Shown here: one piece after another, positions 61,487 through 64,000 of the stretch
Position numbering within the stretch: the first letter of the stretch is position 1
How the letters are laid out: each line of letters opens with the position of its first letter
Source: Actinomycetota bacterium
GTDB lineage: Bacteria > Actinomycetota > Acidimicrobiia > Spongiisociales > UBA11373
DNA: 64,000 nt
NCBI GenBank assembly: GCA_020444505.1
Contig: JAHLKU010000004.1
Coordinates: 13,885 to 77,884, forward strand
Direction of reading: 5' to 3'
Program-made: the position numbers and the translations under genes
Notes under the pieces: generated by a model
What the model saw: only the letters and a program-made list of their open reading frames with translations
Databases searched by the model: none
Told to the model about the DNA's origin: nothing

Positions 61487-63595
61487 ATGACTTCCTCAGA
61501 GCCTTCCCTGCCCGCCATCCCCGCCGCCGCCGGCACCCGCATCGACATCCCGCAGACCTTCGAGCGCCTCCTCGATCTGTCCTACAACACGTGGTGGACC
61601 TGGATCCCCGAGGCGCGCGAGTTGTGGCAGCGGGTCAGCCCGCCGAACTGGGCGCAGAACCCCAATCCGCTCACCGTGCTGCAGACCATCGGCAACGGCA
61701 CCTGGGAGGCGCTCGAGGCGAACGACTCGTTCGTGCAGTTGTACGAGGACGTCATCCGCCGGTTCGACGCCTACATGGACAACGAGCGCACCTGGTACTC
61801 GGCGAACCATCCCGACTCCCTCCCCGGCGGCCTGGCGTACCTGTGCACCGAGTTCGGCATCCACCACACGCTGCCGTTCTACTCCGGCGGGCTCGGCGTG
61901 CTGGCGGGCGACCACACCAAGGCGGCGTCCGACCTGGGCCTCCCGTTCGTCGGCGTCGGCCTGCTCTACCGCCGGGGCTACTTCCGCCAGGCCGTGGACC
62001 CCGAGGGCTACCAGCAGCACCACTACCGCGCCGTCGAGGTGACCCGCCGCCCCCTGCGGCGCGTCCTCGACCGCAACGGGCAGCCGCTGATCGTCCAGGT
62101 GGAGCTCCCCGGCCGCCAGGTGGATGTGGGAGCGTGGCGCCTCGACGTCGGGCGGGTGCCGCTGCTGCTGCTCGACACCGACCTGCCGTCGAACGACCCG
62201 GCCGACCGCCCCATCACCCACATCCTCTACGTGCGCGGCCGCGAGATGCGCCTGTGCCAGGAGATCGTGCTCGGCATCGGCGGCGCCCGGGTGCTCGCCG
62301 AACTGGGGATGGAGCCGACGATGTGGCACATCAACGAGGGCCACGCCGCGCTCGCCCTCGTGGAGCGCCTCTCCCAGGAGGTGCAGGCAGGGCTCACCTA
62401 TCAGCAGGCCGTCGAGCGGGTGCGCGGCTCCACCGTCTTCACCCTCCACACCCCGGTGCCGGCCGGCAACGAGGTGTTCGACGCCGACCTGGTCCGCCGC
62501 TACCTGTCGGGCCGCCTCCCCGGCCTCGAGGACGGCACCGTGAGCGCGCTTGGCGACAGCGGCAGGGACGGCATCTTCGACCTCGGCGCCCTCGCCATCC
62601 GCCTGTCGCGGAGCACCAACGGCGTCAGCAAGCGCCACGGCGAGGTGGTCACCCGCGATTGGGGCGGCATCATCGGAGGGCCCGCCACCTCGGTGACCAA
62701 CGGCGTCCACCTGCCCACCTGGATCGGCGGGGCCATGGGGCGCAAGATCGCCCAGGTGCTCGGCCCCGACTGGAACGAGATGGGGCTCCACGCCGAGGAG
62801 TGGCTGGCCGTCAGGGGTCTCGCCGACGCCGAGGTGTGGGAGGCGCACCAGTCGCAGAAGGAGCGGCTGTTCCGCCACCTGCGGCGCCGGCTGCGGGATC
62901 AGCGCGCCCGCCACGGCGCCAGCCCCGGCGAGCTGCGCAAGATCACCACGCTGCTGCCGGTGGACCGGCTGACGATCGTGTTCGCCCGCCGCTTCGCCGC
63001 CTACAAGCGGGCGGGGCTGCTGTTCCACGACATCGGGCGGCTCTCGTGGCTGCTCACCAACCCGCAGCGGCCGATCCAGCTGATCTTCACCGGCAAGGCG
63101 CACCCCGCCGACGGCGCAGGCAAGGAGCTGATCCGCCGGGTGGTGGAACTGGCCAACAGCCCGGAGCTGTCCGGCCACGTGTTCTTCGTCGAGGACTACG
63201 ACATGGAACTGGCCCGCTACCTGGTGGGCGGCGCCGACGTGTGGCTCAACAACCCGCGCCCGCCGATGGAGGCGAGCGGCACCTCGGGGATGAAGGCGGC
63301 CGCCAACGGTGCGCTCAATCTGAGCGTCACCGACGGGTGGTGGGGCGAGGGGCACACCGACCTCAACGGCTGGGCGTTCGGCGAGCACTACGAGTCCGAC
63401 GACACCGACGCCCAGACCCTCTACGACCTCCTGGAGCACCAGGTCGCCCCGCTCTACTACGACGTCGACGACGGCGGCATCCCCCATGCCTGGGTGGAGC
63501 GGATGAAGGAGGCGATCGCCACCGTGGCGGCGCCGTTCTCGACCGAGCGGATGGTGGCGGAGTACACCGAGCGCCTCTACCTGGCAGGCGGGTAG
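61487..63595 (+). CDS. glgP: alpha-glucan (glycogen/maltodextrin) phosphorylase, GT35, about 700 aa prokaryotic type
   Basis: YLCTEFGIH..LPFYSGGLGVLAGDHTKAASDLGLP; EASGTSGMKAAANGALNLSVTDGWW (PLP lysine region). Confidence 0.85.
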   Translation: MTSSEPSLPAIPAAAGTRIDIPQTFERLLDLSYNTWWTWIPEARELWQRVSPPNWAQNPNPLTVLQTIGNGTWEALEANDSFVQLYEDVIRRFDAYMDNERTWYSANHPDSLPGGLAYLCTEFGIHHTLPFYSGGLGVLAGDHTKAASDLGLPFVGVGLLYRRGYFRQAVDPEGYQQHHYRAVEVTRRPLRRVLDRNGQPLIVQVELPGRQVDVGAWRLDVGRVPLLLLDTDLPSNDPADRPITHILYVRGREMRLCQEIVLGIGGARVLAELGMEPTMWHINEGHAALALVERLSQEVQAGLTYQQAVERVRGSTVFTLHTPVPAGNEVFDADLVRRYLSGRLPGLEDGTVSALGDSGRDGIFDLGALAIRLSRSTNGVSKRHGEVVTRDWGGIIGGPATSVTNGVHLPTWIGGAMGRKIAQVLGPDWNEMGLHAEEWLAVRGLADAEVWEAHQSQKERLFRHLRRRLRDQRARHGASPGELRKITTLLPVDRLTIVFARRFAAYKRAGLLFHDIGRLSWLLTNPQRPIQLIFTGKAHPADGAGKELIRRVVELANSPELSGHVFFVEDYDMELARYLVGGADVWLNNPRPPMEASGTSGMKAAANGALNLSVTDGWWGEGHTDLNGWAFGEHYESDDTDAQTLYDLLEHQVAPLYYDVDDGGIPHAWVERMKEAIATVAAPFSTERMVAEYTERLYLAGG

Positions 63596-63616
63596 CGGCC
63601 CGCCGGGCCACCCGGC

Positions 63617-64000
63617 TCAGCGCCAGCGGCGGGGGTGCTTCACCTCGAGGCCCCCGAACAGCACCAGGGCCTGGATCTCCAGGTGGGGGGCGTCGGGGCC
63701 GGCGGCGGTGCGAGCGGTGGTGTCGTCCCACCCCCCGAACAGGGGCAGCCCCCGCACGGTGACCACCCATCCCGTCGGCACCACCACGTCGATCCCACCG
63801 AAGACGGCGGTGGCGGACACCGACGCCCCCTCCGGCACCGGCGTCGCCTTGGTGAGGTCGAGCGTCAGGCCTCCGAGCACCGCGGTGACGGCGGCCCTGC
63901 GGAAGCGGTCCGACCGGGTGGCGACGCGCGACGACGAGAGCACCGCCATGCCCGAGACCTCGGCCTGGTCCACCGACCCCATCCGGTGCCTGCCCCAGCC
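63617..64000 (-). CDS. hypothetical protein, C-terminal fragment (N-terminus beyond window end)
   Basis: Open frame running to the window edge; beta-rich sequence; no family assigned. Confidence 0.3.
   Translation of the reverse strand, partial: GWGRHRMGSVDQAEVSGMAVLSSSRVATRSDRFRRAAVTAVLGGLTLDLTKATPVPEGASVSATAVFGGIDVVVPTGWVVTVRGLPLFGGWDDTTARTAAGPDAPHLEIQALVLFGGLEVKHPRRWR

Overview
This window is a high-GC (about 72%) actinobacterial-type chromosomal segment made almost entirely of conserved housekeeping genes. Gene content was read from the six-frame ORF track plus direct reading of the DNA.

Main blocks, in coordinate order:
- 1..4.5 kb: partial CcdA, an MFS transporter, a MATE efflux pump, nth and xpt.
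- 4.5..8.6 kb: four small Ala-rich membrane ORFs and a 559-aa duplicated ThyX-like protein.
- 8.6..15.6 kb: dnaE, then a glycolytic trio of class I FBP aldolase FbaB, a PPi-type phosphofructokinase and an ATP-type phosphofructokinase.
- 15.6..21.3 kb: rluD, lspA, dksA/traR and a DUF167 gene, then ileS preceded by a recognisable T-box leader (GGGTGGTACCGCGG).
- 21.3..38.7 kb, minus strand: a complete division/cell-wall (dcw) cluster, mraZ-rsmH-ftsL-ftsI-murE-murF-mraY-murD-ftsW-murG-murC-murB-ftsQ-ftsZ-pgeF-yggS-sepF-yggT. Most junctions are 4-nt start/stop overlaps, murB sits where ddl usually is, and candidate MraZ-box direct repeats lie upstream of mraZ.
- 38.9..41.7 kb: an SDR oxidoreductase, a USP, and a divergent pair of an HNH endonuclease and a catalytically degenerate serine-recombinase-like protein.
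- 41.7..47.2 kb: a Pro-rich repeat protein next to a MoxR-DUF58-transglutaminase operon.
- 47.2..50.5 kb: MerR, DUF3040, dinB, a histidine phosphatase and a mini NudC-like NUDIX protein.
- 50.5..64.0 kb: ambiguous Ala-rich membrane ORFs, an APH-like kinase, class I fumarase, a thioredoxin-like lipoprotein, the fabD-fabH-fabG-acpP-fabF cluster, ltaE, alpha-glucan phosphorylase and a partial terminal ORF.

No rRNA, tRNA, CRISPR array or obvious mobile element was seen. Many long overlapping or antisense ORFs in the track are high-GC frame artefacts. Coordinates taken from my own base counting may be off by 1-3 nt. The most notable candidates are the T-box leader, the PPi/ATP PFK tandem with class I aldolase, the fused degenerate ThyX-like protein, the HNH/dead-recombinase pair and the MraZ-box repeats.
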